This document shows, in pieces, positions 1 to 9,160 of a stretch of DNA of 64,000 nt; position 1 is the stretch's first letter, and every line of letters begins with the position of its first letter. Source of the DNA: Thermoplasmata archaeon. GTDB taxonomy: Archaea; Thermoplasmatota; Thermoplasmata; Lutacidiplasmatales; UBA184. The stretch covers positions 16,904 through 80,903 of the forward strand of contig JBKQMS010000031.1 of assembly GCA_052326485.1 (NCBI GenBank), written 5' to 3'. The notes under the pieces are model-generated. The model was given only the letters and a program-made list of their open reading frames with translations. It was not told the DNA's origin and did no database searches. Both the position numbers and the translations under genes were made by a program.

Positions 1-744
1 TTCGCGGAGCCCGACCCGTTCCTTCCCGAAGGAGACGGCGGTCTGCCGCCGATCTGGACGATCCTAGCGGGGACTCTCGAGGGGCTCGGGGGACTCGAGC
101 GTGCCGTGGGGGCCCGGTTCCCGATCGGTCCGTTCGTCCGAGTCGGCCCGTACGAGACAACCGCGCTGCATTCGATCGTCCACGACAGGGCCGAACGGGC
201 CTTCGGTCACGCCCCGCCTCCAGCCCTCGTGGAGCGGATCGTCGCTCGGACCGTCGAGGACGGCGGAGGCGCCCGGCGGGCGGTCGACCTGCTCCGCCGC
301 GAGATCCTCGGGATGACGTTCCATGAGATCCGGGACGGCGTCCCCTCCGCGAGACTACAGGGGATATCGGTCGAACCGTCCGTGGTGCGGGCGATCGGCG
401 TCGCGTCCCAAGGTCGGGCGGCGCGGCTCGGCGAGGTGAAGCGGCTCGAGGCCCTGCTCGCGCGCGCCCAGGGGGCTCGCCCGCTCCCGACCACGACGCT
501 CTGGCGACGGATCGTACGGCTCGAGCAGGCCGGCTACGTCCGCCGCGAGATCCGTCCCGGGGGGAGCGGAGGGACGCTCTCGGTCGTTCGCGTCCTTACG
601 CCCATCGATGAGTGGGTCACGACGGTCCATCGGCCGGAAAGTCGTCCAGACGCCGGACCGTGGAGCGGGTGCGCCTCTCCTCCGGCCGAGGAGGGCTTGG
701 GGTTCGTGCGGGGGGAGGCCGGGCACCTTCCGAGCGAGCCTTGA
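1..744 (+). CDS. cdc6: Orc1/Cdc6 replication initiator, C-terminal part (AAA+ lid and winged-helix); the gene starts upstream of the window
   Basis: Frame 1 is open from nt 1. The translation shows a Cdc6-like lid and winged-helix ('RRAVDLLRRE', 'TLWRRIVRLEQAGYVRREIRPGGSGGTLSVVRVL'). Stop at 742-744. Confidence 0.65.
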   Translation, partial: FAEPDPFLPEGDGGLPPIWTILAGTLEGLGGLERAVGARFPIGPFVRVGPYETTALHSIVHDRAERAFGHAPPPALVERIVARTVEDGGGARRAVDLLRREILGMTFHEIRDGVPSARLQGISVEPSVVRAIGVASQGRAARLGEVKRLEALLARAQGARPLPTTTLWRRIVRLEQAGYVRREIRPGGSGGTLSVVRVLTPIDEWVTTVHRPESRPDAGPWSGCASPPAEEGLGFVRGEAGHLPSEP

Positions 745-2920
745 GCTGGCTCGCGACCATCTCCGCGAGGCGTCGGGAGCGCAGCGCCTGCTCGATCCGG
801 TCGATGGGCGCATTCCGTAGGGCCTCTCGGTCCGCGAACCCCGCTCGGTAGAGCAGTCGGGCGCGCACCCGCCCGATCCCCCGCAGGCGGACCAGGTCGA
901 GCAGCTCCTCCCGCACCCCATATCGAATGCGGAACGAGAGGTCGTCGATCGGGCGGCTGACCCGACGTTGGAAGATGCCCGCGAGGCGCCCTGCGGCGAA
1001 GAGGAGCCAATCGGCGTCCTCGACCTTGGAGCGGAGGTCGCCGGCCCCGATCCCGAACCGCTGGGTGATCTCTACGATCGGTTCCTCGCTCACCCAGGAC
1101 TCGAGGACCGAGGCGGTCTTCAGGGTCGCGAGGAAGACGTCGAGGCCGAGGTCGAGCGGCGGCTCCTCAGGCTTCACGAGGAGCTCCTCCGCCTCGTCCG
1201 TGAACCGCGTCAGGAGGTCGGCCTCCTCTCCCCGACGCAGGAAGAGCGGTGGGAGGTCGGGGGTCGCCGAGACGGCCGCCAGGAGCGGGAAGACCCCGAC
1301 CCCGATCGGCGCCCGGGATAGGACCTCTTTCAGCACGATAGCGCTCAAGGGGTCGAGGTAGAGCTCGCTCGTCAGCTCCCCGAAGCGCGTCGCGCGGAGG
1401 ACCTTTCCCGGCACGAGCAGCTCGTTCCGCTCGAGGAACCGACGGACCGTGGCGACCCGACGATGGAGCTCGGGGAGGGGAAGGGTCCGGCCGTAGAACG
1501 TCGCGGCGAAGAACGCCTCGAGGTCGTCGTCGTTCGTGACCGCGCCGCTCGCGACCAGCGCGAGCAGGTGCATCCGGAGCGCGGGCTCTCCCGCGAGGCG
1601 GCTCTGGATCGGCTCGGGAGGGGCCGAGAGGTACCGGTCGAGCATTCGCTCCTCCTCCTCGGGGGTCCTCGCGAGGAGGAGGGCCTCGCCGACGGTGTCG
1701 AACCGGGGGCGACCGGCCCGGCCGAGCATCTGGTGGACCTCCATCACGGGGATCGGGGCTTGCATGCTGAGCCGGTCGTCGTACCGGTTCGTGTCCCGGA
1801 CGATCACCCGTCGCGCCGGCAGGTTGATCCCCGCCGCCAGCGTCGGCGTGGCCACGAGAGCCTTCAACGCGCGGTCGCGGAACGCCCGCTCCACGACCCG
1901 CCGCTCCGGGTTGGTCAAGGAGGCGTTGTGGAACGCGACGCCGTTCGGCAAAAGGCCGCTCAGGCGCCGGATCCCTTCGGTCTCCTCGTCCGAGATCGTG
2001 ACGAGCTCGGCGGCTGCCGCCTTCGCCCGCGTCCGCTCGTCGGGCGAGAGGAGGCCTCGGACCGTGGGGATCAGCGCCTCGGCCAGGAGCTCGCTCGCCT
2101 TGCGGCTGTTGACGAACACGAGGGCCTGCCCTCCTTCCTGGACGACCGTGCGCACGAGCCGCGGGACCGCCTCGCCCGGGGCGGGAAGGTCCCGCACCGA
2201 GAGGTCGGTGAACGTGATCCGCCCATCGTAGTAGACGCCGAGCTTGAGCGGGACCGGTCGGAAGTCGGAGGTGACATGGCGGGCTCCGAGCCACGCGGCG
2301 ACCTCCTCCGAGTTGGCGACCGTGGCGGAGAGCGCGACGATCTGGAGGTCGGGGTAGTTCCTTCGGAGCCGCGTGAGGCTCACCTCGAGCGTCGGGCCCC
2401 GGTCGGGGTCCCGGAGCAGGTGCACCTCGTCCGCGACGACGACGCCCAGCCGGTCGAGCCACGGGCTCCCACGGCGCAGGAGGCCGTCGGCCTTTTCGCT
2501 CGTGGCGACCAGCACGTCCAGCTTGTCGAGCTTCTCGGCCGGTAGGTCAAAGTCCCCGATCGAGATGCCTACCTTGAGGCCGAGCTCCTCGAACTTCTCG
2601 AGCTCCTCGACCTTCTCCTGCGCGAGCGCCCGAAGGGGAACGAGGTAGAGGCCGGTGCGTCCCTCCCTTGCCGCCCTCAGGAGCGCGAGGTACGCCACGA
2701 GCGATTTCCCGCTCGCCGTCGGGCAGGCGAGGAGGAGGCTCTCGCCGGCGAGCACCGGGCCGAGCGCCGCGGCCTGGGGGGGATAGAGGGAGGAGATGCC
2801 ATCGGCGGCGAGTACCTTCTGCCAGGCCGGGTCGATGGCGGTCTCTGAGAGGCGGACCCAACTCTCCGGTCCGTCTCCCCGAGGGTGTGCGGAGGGCGCG
2901 CTGCGGCTCCGAGGAGGCAC
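617..2920 (-). CDS. hel308: Hel308/Ski2-like DNA helicase
   Basis: 'YPPQAAAL' N-terminus, Walker A 'CPTASGKS', DEVH box 'VVADEVHLL', RecA2 motifs and a C-terminal HhH ('LRGIGRVRARLLYRAGF'). The true start probably lies between 2857 (GTG) and 2920. Convergent overlap of about 128 bp with cdc6. Confidence 0.85.
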   Translation of the reverse strand: MPPRSRSAPSAHPRGDGPESWVRLSETAIDPAWQKVLAADGISSLYPPQAAALGPVLAGESLLLACPTASGKSLVAYLALLRAAREGRTGLYLVPLRALAQEKVEELEKFEELGLKVGISIGDFDLPAEKLDKLDVLVATSEKADGLLRRGSPWLDRLGVVVADEVHLLRDPDRGPTLEVSLTRLRRNYPDLQIVALSATVANSEEVAAWLGARHVTSDFRPVPLKLGVYYDGRITFTDLSVRDLPAPGEAVPRLVRTVVQEGGQALVFVNSRKASELLAEALIPTVRGLLSPDERTRAKAAAAELVTISDEETEGIRRLSGLLPNGVAFHNASLTNPERRVVERAFRDRALKALVATPTLAAGINLPARRVIVRDTNRYDDRLSMQAPIPVMEVHQMLGRAGRPRFDTVGEALLLARTPEEEERMLDRYLSAPPEPIQSRLAGEPALRMHLLALVASGAVTNDDDLEAFFAATFYGRTLPLPELHRRVATVRRFLERNELLVPGKVLRATRFGELTSELYLDPLSAIVLKEVLSRAPIGVGVFPLLAAVSATPDLPPLFLRRGEEADLLTRFTDEAEELLVKPEEPPLDLGLDVFLATLKTASVLESWVSEEPIVEITQRFGIGAGDLRSKVEDADWLLFAAGRLAGIFQRRVSRPIDDLSFRIRYGVREELLDLVRLRGIGRVRARLLYRAGFADREALRNAPIDRIEQALRSRRLAEMVASQLKARSEGARPPPARTPSPPRPEERRTRSTVRRLDDFPADGPS

Positions 2921-2941
2921 GAGCCCTCGGAGCCGAGGTCG

Positions 2942-4096
2942 CTACAAAGGGTTTGGTCCGGTGCGCTGGGGGAGGAGGGTCCGAGCAAGGATCAGTTCCT
3001 GGATCTCGGTCGTCCCCTCGACGATGGGGAACACCCGGGCGTCCCGGAGCAGCCTCTGCGCGGGTGCCTCGGCCCGGACCCCCGCGGGTCCCGCCACGTC
3101 CACTCCCGTAGCCGCGATGCGGACGGCCGCCCCCGACGCGACGAGCTTCGCGACCGACGCTTCGATGACGTACGGGGCCCCGGCGTCCTTCGCCTCGGCG
3201 GCCCGGGAGACCAGGACCCGCGCCGCAGAGAGGTCAGCGAACGCGCGTGCGAGCAGGGTCCGCTTCCACTCCTCGTCCTCGGCCGCGACGCACCGGCGCA
3301 TCTCGGCGAACGCGCTCTCGGCCACCCCGAGGGCACAGCTGGCGATCCCGACGCGGCCCCCCTGAAGGGATCCGAGCGCGACCCGAAGCCCTCCGCCTTC
3401 CGGGCCGAGAAGAGATTCCCGAGGCAGGTGGACATCGTCGAGCACGATCTCGGCCGTCTCGCTCCCCCGCAGGCCAAGCTTGTCGAAACGCTGGGCGACC
3501 GAGAACCCTTTCGTGCCGGGCGGTACGATGAACGCCGAGATCCCCTTGTGGCCCAGGGTCGGGTCGGAGGTGGCGAAGATGAGCACGATGCCCGCGCTCA
3601 CCGCGTTCGAGATGAACGTCTTCGTTCCGCGGAGGCGGAACCCGCCCTCGTCCTTCGCGTAGCGGGTCGCCAACCTCGCGGTGTCGGAACCGGCGTTCGG
3701 CTCCGTGAGCCCGAAGGCGCCGACGTGCTCGCCTCGGGCGAGCGGCCGCAGGAACCGCTCCCGCTGAGCGTCCGTTCCCCAGTTGAGGATCGGAGCCGAG
3801 CAGACCGAGAGATGCACCGCGACGATTACGCCCACCGCCGCGCTCGCGCGCGACAGCTCCTCGAGGACCGCGACCGTCGACCGGGTGTCGCCGCCGGTCC
3901 CGTCCCAGCGGGAGGGCGTGCCGAGGCCGAGGAACCCCTCTTCGGCGAGCCCACGAAGGATCTCCTTGGGGATCCGGTCCTCTCGGTCGATCCGCTCCGC
4001 CCAGGGCTCGATCGAGCGAGCCGCGAACGCATGCGCCCGGTCCCGCCAGCCTTGCGCGTCGGTCGGCAGGTCGCCTCCCATGGGTCGGGCCAGCAC
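2942..4096 (-). CDS. acyl-CoA dehydrogenase
   Basis: ACAD N/M/C domain signatures: 'GAFGLTEPNAGSD', 'KTFISNA', 'EGTTEIQ'. Confidence 0.85.
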   Translation of the reverse strand: MLARPMGGDLPTDAQGWRDRAHAFAARSIEPWAERIDREDRIPKEILRGLAEEGFLGLGTPSRWDGTGGDTRSTVAVLEELSRASAAVGVIVAVHLSVCSAPILNWGTDAQRERFLRPLARGEHVGAFGLTEPNAGSDTARLATRYAKDEGGFRLRGTKTFISNAVSAGIVLIFATSDPTLGHKGISAFIVPPGTKGFSVAQRFDKLGLRGSETAEIVLDDVHLPRESLLGPEGGGLRVALGSLQGGRVGIASCALGVAESAFAEMRRCVAAEDEEWKRTLLARAFADLSAARVLVSRAAEAKDAGAPYVIEASVAKLVASGAAVRIAATGVDVAGPAGVRAEAPAQRLLRDARVFPIVEGTTEIQELILARTLLPQRTGPNPL

Positions 4097-4151
4097 GACG
4101 AACTCTTAAGGCGTGGCGCCGGGTCGTAGCTTCCGCCCCGGAGATTGCGCG

Positions 4152-6071
4152 ATGCCCGGCGTCCCCACACCGAAGGACCGGTTCACCTCCCTCGACACGC
4201 TCGCGGTCGTCCGCGAACTACGGGCCCTCCGCCACGCCCGGGTCGACAAGGCGTTCGACCTCCCCGGCGGTGGCTGGTCGATCCTGTTTCGGGTCCCGCG
4301 CGAGGGTCGCCGCGAGCTGCTCCTCGTGCCCGGGCGGTTCGCGGCCCTGCTCTCCGAGACGGCGTCGCATGCTGAGGAGCTCTCCCCGTTCGCGCGGGAG
4401 CTCCGTCGCCTGCTCGAGGGGGCGGTCCTCGAAGAGGTCCCCGACCCCGGCGGGGAACGGTTCCTCGAGATCGTGCTCCGCCGGTCGGACCTCCCCGATG
4501 CGACCCTGGTCGCGCTCGAGATGTTCGGCTCGGGGAACCTCGTGGTCGCCCGAGGAAGCAAGATCGCCGCCGTCGCCCAGACGCGTCGTTGGGCGCATCG
4601 CACCGTGGCCATCGGGGCGGAGTATGCGCGGCCTCCGACCCGGACCGACCCGTGGGTCATCGGGGCGGCGGAGATCGAGGCCGAGCTCTCCCGTTCCCGT
4701 ACCGACCTCGCCAGCACCCTCGCCGCCCGGCTCGCCCTCGGCGGCCCGCTCGCTGAGGAGGTGGTCGCCCGCGGAGGTTGGGACGGGGCCGCGGCGGCCG
4801 CACCCCAGGCGGGCCGCCTCGGGCCGGAGCTCCACCGAGTCCTCGAAGAGCTCGCTCGGGAGGTAGGCGACCGCCCCTCCGGGTACCTCTACCTTCGGGA
4901 CCGTGTTGCGGTGGACGCGACCCCCTACGCCTCGCACCGCTGGCGCGGGGTCGCCGACGTCGCGGAAGTGACCCGACCGACGTTCTCGCAGGCGGCCGCC
5001 GAGTACTTCCCCTCCCTCGTGGCGGCTCCCGTCACGGCGGAGGAGAGCGAGCGCACGCGCGGGCTGAAGGAGCTCGAGCACCAGCTCGAGCAGCAACGGG
5101 CCGCCGTCGTGGAGCTCGAGCGTCGGTCGCAGGAGCTGAAGGCCGATGCATCCGCCGTGTTCGACCACTACGCGGAGGCGGAGAAGATCCTCGCGGAGGC
5201 GGAACCGAAAGGGGAGCAGGGTCCGACCGTAGAGGCCCGGTTGGGGGAGCGGACCGTCTCCCTCGCTATCGGAGAGAGCCCCCGGACGACCGCCCAGCAC
5301 CTCTTCGAGGAGTCGAAACGGGTCCAGGCCAAGCTCCGGGGGGCCGTCAGCGCGACCGCGGACGCGGAGGCGAAGCTAGCCAAGCTCGCGAAGCAAGCGT
5401 TGGCGTCGCCGGCGCCGACGCAGAGCGGTTCCGTGGTCTCCCCCGGGCCCCGTCGCCAGCGGGTCCACTGGTTCGAGCGGTACCGATGGTTCTTGAGCTC
5501 GGAAGCAGGCGTCGTCATCGCGGGCCGGGACGCCTCGTCGAACGACCTGGTCGTCCGCCGCAACCTCAAGGACGGGGATTTCTACGTCCACGCGGACCTC
5601 CACGGAGCCGCGAGCGTCGTCGTGAAGCACGCCGCGCCGGGGGAGCCCCCCCTCAGCGACCTCACCCTCCGCGAGGCCGGGCAGTGGGCGGTCGCGTTTT
5701 CGAAGGCCTGGAGAGCCGGTCTCGCCTCGGCCGAGGCGTTCTGGGTCGAGAGCGAGCAGGTCTCGAAGAAGGCGGCGAGCGGTGAGTTCGTGGCCCGCGG
5801 CGCGTGGGTGATCCACGGCACGAAGCACGTGATGAAGGACCTCCCGCTCGAGCTGGCGATCGGAACGATCCGTTACGAAGGGGACGAGCGGTGGACCGTC
5901 GCCCCACCCGCGGCCGTGCGCGCTCTTGGAGAGGTCCGGGTCCTTCTTACCCCGGGCGAGGAACGGGAGCGAGGGGAACGCGAGGTCGAGCTCTCGAAAG
6001 AGCTCGGCCTTCCGCGTCCGGTCCTCCAGTCCCTGTTGCCGGCGGGCGGCCTGTCGGTCCGCCGACCGTAG
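4152..6071 (+). CDS. NFACT-family protein (archaeal Rqc2/NEMF / FbpA homologue, DUF814)
   Basis: N-terminal NFACT-N ('MPGVPTPKDRFTSLDTLAVVRELRAL'), a central coiled coil and an NFACT-R/DUF814 block ('RWFLSSEAGVVIAGRDASSNDLVV...DFYVHADLHGAASVVVK'). Start chosen at the ATG inside ORF 4113. Confidence 0.75.
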   Translation: MPGVPTPKDRFTSLDTLAVVRELRALRHARVDKAFDLPGGGWSILFRVPREGRRELLLVPGRFAALLSETASHAEELSPFARELRRLLEGAVLEEVPDPGGERFLEIVLRRSDLPDATLVALEMFGSGNLVVARGSKIAAVAQTRRWAHRTVAIGAEYARPPTRTDPWVIGAAEIEAELSRSRTDLASTLAARLALGGPLAEEVVARGGWDGAAAAAPQAGRLGPELHRVLEELAREVGDRPSGYLYLRDRVAVDATPYASHRWRGVADVAEVTRPTFSQAAAEYFPSLVAAPVTAEESERTRGLKELEHQLEQQRAAVVELERRSQELKADASAVFDHYAEAEKILAEAEPKGEQGPTVEARLGERTVSLAIGESPRTTAQHLFEESKRVQAKLRGAVSATADAEAKLAKLAKQALASPAPTQSGSVVSPGPRRQRVHWFERYRWFLSSEAGVVIAGRDASSNDLVVRRNLKDGDFYVHADLHGAASVVVKHAAPGEPPLSDLTLREAGQWAVAFSKAWRAGLASAEAFWVESEQVSKKAASGEFVARGAWVIHGTKHVMKDLPLELAIGTIRYEGDERWTVAPPAAVRALGEVRVLLTPGEERERGEREVELSKELGLPRPVLQSLLPAGGLSVRRP

Positions 6072-6712
6072 ATCCGCTGGACCTCCTGGGCGGCGAAGGC
6101 GTCGCCGGGAAGTCGCCACGTCTTCCCTCTCGCCCGCAGGGCCACGATGTCGAGCGGGGTCCCGTCGGCCTTCAGTCGACCGCCCACTTCGAAGACCGTC
6201 TCCGGGGGAACGACGAGCCGTGTCGCTCGCGTGAACCGTCCCTCCACGATGGATACCGGGACGACCGCACCCTCATCGCGGACCACCCACAGCGTCTCGA
6301 CCTCGTCCGTCAGCGCCTCGGGCACCCGATTCCCTGTCCGAGTGTCGATCCGTCGGACCCGGAACGGCCGGTGGGACCCCGGGACCTCGGAACCGACCTG
6401 GATCCGGACGTGGGCGGGGAGCTCGACGCGGGACCGGACCGAGGTCCTACCCTCCGAGACGATCTGTGCGACCTCGACGCGCTCCGGGGGCCGCGATTCG
6501 AACCGGTGGGTCCACTGGCACACCCGGCAGCGGGCCGTCCCCTGCACGGGACCCGAACCCGTCCGCCGGGTCGGGTCCATCCGCAAGATGCGGTGGGGCG
6601 TCTCCGCGCCGCAGTTGTCGCACCACAGGGCCGCAGCGTGCAGCCGAGGGGTTCGCGCGGCGGGAGCGGAACCGGAGGCGTCGGGTCCCTCGTCCGGCTC
6701 TGGCGCTCCCAT
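5873..6712 (-). CDS. hypothetical Zn-ribbon protein (C4 ribbon plus beta-rich domain)
   Basis: ATG at 6712 ('MGAPEP'). Zn ribbon 'CDNCGAETPH...CRVCQW' followed by a conserved-looking domain. The last ~65 residues are R/S-rich and overlap the 3' end of the NFACT gene on the opposite strand, so the true end or frame is uncertain. Confidence 0.45.
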   Translation of the reverse strand: MGAPEPDEGPDASGSAPAARTPRLHAAALWCDNCGAETPHRILRMDPTRRTGSGPVQGTARCRVCQWTHRFESRPPERVEVAQIVSEGRTSVRSRVELPAHVRIQVGSEVPGSHRPFRVRRIDTRTGNRVPEALTDEVETLWVVRDEGAVVPVSIVEGRFTRATRLVVPPETVFEVGGRLKADGTPLDIVALRARGKTWRLPGDAFAAQEVQRIYGRRTDRPPAGNRDWRTGRGRPSSFESSTSRSPRSRSSPGVRRTRTSPRARTAAGGATVHRSSPS

Positions 6713-6857
6713 CTTCCCCCGGGTGAATCCCGCGCGCGGATGACGCTTCCGCGCAGCGGACGGTTCGGAAGACCCCGACCTCATGGACCCGCGGGGCCGA
6801 GGGGCCGACCTAAAGGCTATAGTCCCGGTCCCCCGATGAAGACGGGAAGGCGCGGGC

Positions 6858-7970
6858 GTGCGGGTTCTCCTGGCGGTCTTCCGGTATCTGCCCGTGCTCG
6901 GCGGCAGCACGCGGCTCGCCCAGCTCCTCGCGGAAGGGCTCGTGGCGAAGGGGCACGACGTCACGGTCATCTCGCAATCGGAACCGGGGAGCCCGGACCA
7001 GGAGTCGATCGGGGGGGTAAAGGTCGTTCGGCTCGGGATGCGGAACGTCGCCGGTTTTCGCATCCCGCGTGGCTACCTGCGGCAGCTGCGAGCATTGGAC
7101 GCCGACGTGTTCCACCTCGAGGGGAATCGGATCTGGGTGGCGGACTACTACTTCCCCTTCGCTCGATCGTTCTCCTGGCCGCAAGTGGTCTCCCCGCTCG
7201 GCTTCTACCATTACTGGATGCGTCGGGGGTTCGTCCGTTGGCTCTACTACGACCGCTACCTTCCCGGTCGGCTGAAGGCGTTCGACGGCTACGCCGCGCT
7301 GACCGAGGGGGAACGCGACCAGGTCGTGCGCTGGGGCTATCCGCCCGAGCGTGCCCGGGTGATCCCGCCGGGGATCGACCTCGCCGAGTTCGCCGCGGTG
7401 CCCCCGGGGGTCGAAGGGCTGCGGGCCTCCTGGAAGCTCTCGACCCCGCACATCGCACTCTACGTGGGCGGGCTCTACGACAACAAGCGAGTGGACCGGC
7501 TCGTTCGAGCCGTCGCCGAGACCCGGGGGAAGTGGGGCCTCGTTGTGATCGGGTCGGACATCCCCGGGACGCCGTATGACCGGGCGCATTGCGAGGCGCT
7601 GGCCCGAGAGCTCTCGGCGCCCGTACGGTTCCTCGGCCCCCAACCTCGACCGGTCGTTCTGCAGGCGCTCGCCGGGGCGGATGCGTATCTTCTGGGGAGC
7701 GCGTTCGAAGGGTTCGGGATCAGCCTCCTCGAGGCGATGGCCGCGGGATGCCCCTTCATCGCGTTCGACGCAGGGGCGGCCCGAGAGCTGGCGGCGACCG
7801 GAGCGGGGTCCGTGGTCGCCTCGGAGCACGATATGGCGGCCCGCCTGGCCGACGTCGTAGAGCGGCGCGAAGAGGTCCGGCGGGCCGCGCTCAAGGCCGT
7901 GCGAGGCTACTCAGTCGAAGGGATGGTCGATCGGCATCTCGACCTCTACCGGTCGATCCCGTCGAAGTAG
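6858..7970 (+). CDS. glycosyltransferase family 1 (GT4-like)
   Basis: GT-B fold signatures, including the C-terminal 'GSAFEGFGISLLEAMAAGCPFIAFD' motif. Confidence 0.8.
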   Translation: MRVLLAVFRYLPVLGGSTRLAQLLAEGLVAKGHDVTVISQSEPGSPDQESIGGVKVVRLGMRNVAGFRIPRGYLRQLRALDADVFHLEGNRIWVADYYFPFARSFSWPQVVSPLGFYHYWMRRGFVRWLYYDRYLPGRLKAFDGYAALTEGERDQVVRWGYPPERARVIPPGIDLAEFAAVPPGVEGLRASWKLSTPHIALYVGGLYDNKRVDRLVRAVAETRGKWGLVVIGSDIPGTPYDRAHCEALARELSAPVRFLGPQPRPVVLQALAGADAYLLGSAFEGFGISLLEAMAAGCPFIAFDAGAARELAATGAGSVVASEHDMAARLADVVERREEVRRAALKAVRGYSVEGMVDRHLDLYRSIPSK

Positions 7971-8023
7971 TCCGGGAGCCTCGCCGGGCCGCCATAAGTC
8001 CTACCGCGCAGCCCATATCGACC

Positions 8024-9073
8024 GTGCGTCTTTGCGCCCCCGTGGAAACGGCGGGAGAGGCGCCCTCCGCGGAACGGGTCGATGCCCACTCCCCCTCCTC
8101 GAGCGGCGGAGCGACCGGGGCGAGGGCCCTCCGGGTCAGTGTCGTGGTCGGGGCCCATACGCGAGTCCAGTTCCTGAAGCGGGCGGTCGAGTCCGTCCGT
8201 CGGCAGGGAGCGGACGAGATCATCGTGGTCAAGTTCGCGCGAAACCCCGAGCTGGACGAGGAGCTCTCAAAGATGGGAGCCCGGGTCCTGCTGACGAAAG
8301 AACCCCTGCCGGGAGGGAAGTTCGCCGAGGGGGTCGAGGCCGCCACGGGGGAGGTCATCGCGTTCCTCGACGACGACGACGTCCTTCTTCCCGGCAAGAT
8401 CCGCCGGGTCCGGGAGGTGTTCAGCGACCCTCGCGTGGTGCTCCATGCGAATCGTTTCGTCCCGTTCACCGAGACGCCCCCCGAAGGCGGAGAGCTCGGA
8501 CCGATCCAGCTGTTCGAAACCGGGGCCGGCGACCAGTACCGGAGCGGGCTGCGACCCGTGATCTCAAGCTGCATGTCCGTGCGCTCGGAGATGATCCGGC
8601 CGTGGGTCAACGACCTCCGCCAGCTCGCGGTCTCCGACCACACAATATTCATGATGGCCGTGAAGGCCCGGAAACGGATCGCGATGGACCAAAGCGTCCT
8701 GACGGGGTGGCATCTCAACCAGGTCAAGGGAGAGCTTCGCCCGGCGAACAGCATCTGGTATCAGCCCGGCGCGAACGCCGAACGCGACATCCACTGGATG
8801 CTGGACCTTCTCGACTCCGAGACGGGCGGGGTGCGGCGGACATTGAACCCCATGGTCGTGAAGGCGATCGTACACCTGGTCTTCCTGACCGGCGATCTCG
8901 AGTTCCGAGAATACCGGCGGACGATGCGCGGGCTTCTCGCCGGCGTGGGAGTGCGCCGGCCCCTGACCGTCCCGACCACGCTGATGTTCGGCTATCCGCT
9001 CTCTCCCCGGCTGGCGCTCACCCTCTACCGCGTCTGGAAGTCGCTCGTGGGGTTCCACTACATCCAAAGCTGA
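8024..9073 (+). CDS. glycosyltransferase family 2
   Basis: 'LRVSVVVGAHTR' followed by 'IAFLDDDDV' (DxD). No in-frame ATG, so a GTG start at 8024 or 8042 is proposed. The listed ORF 7589..9073 is mostly spurious upstream of this point. Confidence 0.7.
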   Translation: MRLCAPVETAGEAPSAERVDAHSPSSSGGATGARALRVSVVVGAHTRVQFLKRAVESVRRQGADEIIVVKFARNPELDEELSKMGARVLLTKEPLPGGKFAEGVEAATGEVIAFLDDDDVLLPGKIRRVREVFSDPRVVLHANRFVPFTETPPEGGELGPIQLFETGAGDQYRSGLRPVISSCMSVRSEMIRPWVNDLRQLAVSDHTIFMMAVKARKRIAMDQSVLTGWHLNQVKGELRPANSIWYQPGANAERDIHWMLDLLDSETGGVRRTLNPMVVKAIVHLVFLTGDLEFREYRRTMRGLLAGVGVRRPLTVPTTLMFGYPLSPRLALTLYRVWKSLVGFHYIQS

Positions 9074-9160
9074 AGCGTCAGCGCGAAAGCTCGACGGCCG
9101 GGGCTGGGAGCCCGCGTGGGCCTCAGTCAACGGCTCGAGCGGGGCGGTCCCGCCCCGCGG

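Noticed and set aside
1167-2545. Long alternative-frame ORFs (1167..2462 minus, 1463..2545 plus, and others) overlapping hel308
   Set aside because: Arg/Pro/Gly-rich low-complexity translations typical of off-frame ORFs in ~70% GC DNA. They lie entirely inside a gene with strong helicase motifs.
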